Source of the DNA: Candidatus Aminicenantes bacterium
GTDB taxonomy: Bacteria; Acidobacteriota; Aminicenantia; Aminicenantales; UBA4085
Length of the DNA stretch: 50,420 nucleotides
Reading direction: 5' to 3'
Assembly: GCA_016931595.1 (NCBI GenBank)
Contig: JAFGEN010000354.1
Span: 1 to 50,420, forward strand
The notes under the pieces are model-generated. The model did no database searches, had not been told where the DNA came from, and was given only the letters and a program-made list of their open reading frames with translations. The position numbers were made by a program, and so were the translations under genes. This document shows positions 47,467 through 50,420 of this stretch, one piece after another; the first letter of the stretch is position 1, and each line of letters opens with the position of its first letter.

Positions 47467-48747
47467 TCAGACGACCGTTCCAGACGGCAGAACGGCGTTT
47501 TTCGGAACGACAATGATCCCGTCGACGAGGCAGACATCCTCGCCGATGCGGTCGCGGACGCCGGCGGCGTTGATCAGCTTGACTCCGTCGCCGATTCGGG
47601 CGTTCTTGTCGATGATCGCGTTGCGGATTTCGCAGTTGCGGCCCACGCCGACGGCCGGAAGGCCCCGGGCGGCCGAACTCCGGAGGTCTTCGGCCGATTC
47701 ATAGAAATCCGCGCCCATCATCACTGTCCGGAGCAGCTGGGTCCCCTCTCCGATCCGCGACCGGATCCCGATAATCGACTGCCGGATATAGGCCCGGTTG
47801 ATAATGCTTCCCTCGCAGAGGATGGACTCGTGGACGTCGGCGTCGAGAATCTTGGACCCGGGCAGGAAGCGGGGCAGACTGAAGACGGGCTTGTCCTCGT
47901 CGTAGAAGTTGAACCGCGGCAGAGGATGGGTCAGGCCGATATTGGCCTCGAAAAAGTTCGGGATCGTCCCGATATCCTCCCAGTAGCCGTCGAAGAAATG
48001 GGCGAACACCCTCTTGTCCTGGATGGCCCGGGGGATGATCTGCCGGCCGAAATCCTCGTCCGTTGTGCTTTCCAGGACATCCTTCAGGACCTTCCAGTTG
48101 AACAGGTAGATGCCCATCGAGGCGGTGTGGGCCCGGCCGCGGGCGTCGACGCCGTTGGCCTCAAAAACCTCCGGGTCGACGGCCATCCCGTCGATCGCGG
48201 CGTCGTCCTTGGGCTTTTCCTTGAATTCGACGATCCGGTTGCTCGCGTCGACTTTCAGGACACCCAGGCTGGGAACATCCTTGCGCGCGGCTGGAACGAC
48301 CGATATCGTGATGTCCGCGCCGGCTTTCTCGTGGGCCTCGACGAATTTCCGGTAATCCATCCGGTAGAGGTGGTCGCCCGACAGGATCAGGATGAGATCG
48401 CCCGAGCCCTCGATAGTCGAGAGGTTGTGACGGACGGCATCGGCCGTTCCCTGGAACCAGCCCCGGTTCTCCAGCGTCTGCTTGGCCGCCAGGATGGTGA
48501 TGTAGTCCTTGTGGAACTGGTCGAACCGGTAGGACGTGAAGATATGGCGATGGATGGATTCGCTGGCGAATTGGGTCAGGATGAAGATCCGGCGGTATCC
48601 GGAATGGATGCAATTGGAAATGGGAATGTCGATCAGGCGGAATCGCCCCCCGATCGGAACGGCCGGTTTGCTCCGGATCTTGGTCAAGGGATACAGGCGG
48701 CTCCCCTGTCCGCCGGCCAGGATGAGTGTTGAGACGCGGGCGGCCAT
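47467..48747 (-). CDS. glgC: Glucose-1-phosphate adenylyltransferase
   Basis: LAGGQGSRLYPLT..RSKPAVP, WFQGTADAVR, LSGDHLYRMDY, FKEKP, ASMGIY, DFG, YWEDIGT, IIDKNARIG. Confidence 0.97.
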   Translation of the reverse strand: MAARVSTLILAGGQGSRLYPLTKIRSKPAVPIGGRFRLIDIPISNCIHSGYRRIFILTQFASESIHRHIFTSYRFDQFHKDYITILAAKQTLENRGWFQGTADAVRHNLSTIEGSGDLILILSGDHLYRMDYRKFVEAHEKAGADITISVVPAARKDVPSLGVLKVDASNRIVEFKEKPKDDAAIDGMAVDPEVFEANGVDARGRAHTASMGIYLFNWKVLKDVLESTTDEDFGRQIIPRAIQDKRVFAHFFDGYWEDIGTIPNFFEANIGLTHPLPRFNFYDEDKPVFSLPRFLPGSKILDADVHESILCEGSIINRAYIRQSIIGIRSRIGEGTQLLRTVMMGADFYESAEDLRSSAARGLPAVGVGRNCEIRNAIIDKNARIGDGVKLINAAGVRDRIGEDVCLVDGIIVVPKNAVLPSGTVV

Positions 48748-48874
48748 GCGCTCCTCCCTTCCCGCCCATTATATGCGAAATCGCCGGCAAAGGACATGGC
48801 CGGGCTTTACATTTATTCCGGATTGGGCTATCTTATGCTCCAGAATCGGTGAAACGAACCGCGGGGAGGCGTTC

Positions 48875-49321
48875 ATGTCCGAAGACGCACTGGAGAAACG
48901 AACCTGCGCCCGCTTCAGGATCCCGGGAGCAACAGTCGCCTTCAGGAGAGAAAAGGGGCTTTTTAAAAAAAGCTCGTACGGGGCCGAATTTCTTCCGATG
49001 CTGGACATCAGCCGGGGAGGGATCCGCTTTCTCTCCCAGGAGATGCTCGACCTCGACACCCGCATCCACCTCAGCGTCCAGGTCCCCGGCGACACGGCCC
49101 CCCTCAAGATGGAAGGCATCGTCCGGTGGTTCGCCACCAATCCCGGCCAAAGCTATAAATACCAACTCGGCGTCCAGTTCCTGCCGTACGGCGAAAAAAA
49201 GGACATGAACTACCCCGGCAACCTCGTCAAGATCATTTCCTACGAACAGAAATTCATGGATGAGACAACGATCATCAAGGACGAAACCGGGGGGCGCCGC
49301 GACGGCACCTTCGAAGTCTAG
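48875..49321 (+). CDS. PilZ domain protein with canonical motifs
   Basis: RTCAR (RxxxR), DISRGG, GIVRW...LGVQF; GGAGG RBS; promoter TTTACA-17-TATCTT (48806-48834). Confidence 0.85.
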   Translation: MSEDALEKRTCARFRIPGATVAFRREKGLFKKSSYGAEFLPMLDISRGGIRFLSQEMLDLDTRIHLSVQVPGDTAPLKMEGIVRWFATNPGQSYKYQLGVQFLPYGEKKDMNYPGNLVKIISYEQKFMDETTIIKDETGGRRDGTFEV

Positions 49322-49337
49322 TCGTGAATCATACCGT

Positions 49338-50420
49338 CTAGGGAACGACCGCCTCGAGCTTGAGGTCCCGGTCTTCCCAGCGGATCAGCCGGCGATCCCC
49401 TTCTCCCGCAACTTCCCGCCCGTCGAGCCGCACGACCGGACCGGTCGCGCCTTCCCGCCGCTTGATTTCGAACCGAAGCCGCCGGCCTCGAAACGGGATG
49501 TCGCCGAAGACCCCGCCCGATCCGGGCAGAAGACGGGGGCGGAACTCAAGGCCATCTTCCCGGGGACGGAATCCAAGCAGGTGCCGGACCGCCAGCATGG
49601 CCGTCTCCGCCCAAGCCCAGGGGATGATCCCGATTTGAGCGTAAGGCGGAGCAATCCGGTCGCCATGCAATTCGAACCAGGCTCCCGAGCGGGCGCTGGG
49701 CAGGGATTCGAGCCAGCGCAGGATTCTCTCGACCCGGGCCGGCATGCCCGCCTCGACATAGGCCCGGGCGATCAGGAGTCCCACGAGCGGCCATGGGCCG
49801 GATGAATCGGCTTCGGAGGTGAAGTGATAACGGCCGTATCCGCCCATCGTCCAATCCTGATTCCAAAGCTCTTCCAACCCGGCCAGGGTGGCCCGGCAGG
49901 CAGTGTCGTCGGCCGGAAGGAATCCGAGAACGATGGGCAGGGCGGCCGCCGCGTCCGGGTTGAGATAATGGGCGATCGGCCGGGACAGGGGAACCCCGTC
50001 CGGAAGACCCGACCCGGGGCGGGGCGAGATCGTTTCCTGGACGGAACCATCGAGGCGCCGACGCTTGATGAATCCCCGCCCGTCGATCATCCGGTACTTC
50101 GGGTGGAAGAGGACGATGTCCCGAAGCCGCATTGATTCCGAGGACCAGCGCCCGGCTTCCTCCTCCCGCCCCATCCACCGGGCCATCGTCGCCGCGGCGG
50201 CGAGTCCGAGCGAGTGGAAAACCTGGTACATCAGCTCGAACCCGGGTTCGATCCCAAAGGCCGCGTGCCGCTCCCAGAATTCCCTCCGGTTGAAAAGCAG
50301 CCCCGACTCGGGATCCCGGAATTCGGGGCGCAGGGGGAATTCGGCCGCCGCCCTGATTTTGGACCAGTATTCCGAGATGATGGACCGGTCCCCGCTCCAC
50401 AGGACATACTCCTTCAGGGC
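49338..50420 (-). CDS. (alpha/alpha)6-barrel glycoside hydrolase-like protein (GH15-like), 5' end outside the window
   Basis: The frame is open to the right edge (ALKEYVLWSGD...REFWERH...); GGYGRYH...GPWP...WFE...WAWAE; C-terminal beta domain (LLGFRP...FRPRL). Confidence 0.6.
   Translation of the reverse strand, partial: ALKEYVLWSGDRSIISEYWSKIRAAAEFPLRPEFRDPESGLLFNRREFWERHAAFGIEPGFELMYQVFHSLGLAAAATMARWMGREEEAGRWSSESMRLRDIVLFHPKYRMIDGRGFIKRRRLDGSVQETISPRPGSGLPDGVPLSRPIAHYLNPDAAAALPIVLGFLPADDTACRATLAGLEELWNQDWTMGGYGRYHFTSEADSSGPWPLVGLLIARAYVEAGMPARVERILRWLESLPSARSGAWFELHGDRIAPPYAQIGIIPWAWAETAMLAVRHLLGFRPREDGLEFRPRLLPGSGGVFGDIPFRGRRLRFEIKRREGATGPVVRLDGREVAGEGDRRLIRWEDRDLKLEAVVP

Overview
GC-rich bacterial chromosomal segment, densely coding (about 47 CDS). 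No rRNA, tRNA, CRISPR array, integrase or transposase is recognisable. Gene content (lipid A genes waaA and lpxB, PadR plus duplicated MacB-type permease, a pseudopilin trio, archaeal/eukaryote-type ProRS) suggests a diderm of the Acidobacteriota, possibly Aminicenantia; this is inference only. Housekeeping genes: rpsO, pnp, lpxB, waaA, proS, coaE, IHF/HU, prfB (with the classic +1 frameshift), mazG, ribF, pyrR, pyrC, rnc, glgC, lemA. Two likely real genes are missing from the ORF track: a GH20 hexosaminidase running off the left edge (<1..533, minus) and a 57-aa basic protein upstream of rpsO. Best candidate for an undescribed system: a c-di-GMP module of three PilZ-fold genes (two motif-less, one canonical) around a LuxR regulator with a non-phosphorylatable receiver and a VpsT-like WLPR motif (18677-20591). 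Its upstream region shares a TATCACCC-N9-ATTGACC element with the promoter of a REC-GGDEF cyclase/Hpt pair 17 kb away. Other notable items: a cytidylyltransferase/PLP-enzyme fusion coupled to a CDP-alcohol phosphotransferase (possible Kennedy-like aminoalcohol lipid route), an in-frame but catalytically gutted Lnt, a DUF58-transglutaminase fusion behind MoxR, tandem secreted CBM-like/TIM-barrel paralogs, and a wHTH/nucleotidyltransferase TA-like pair with a three-half-site operator.
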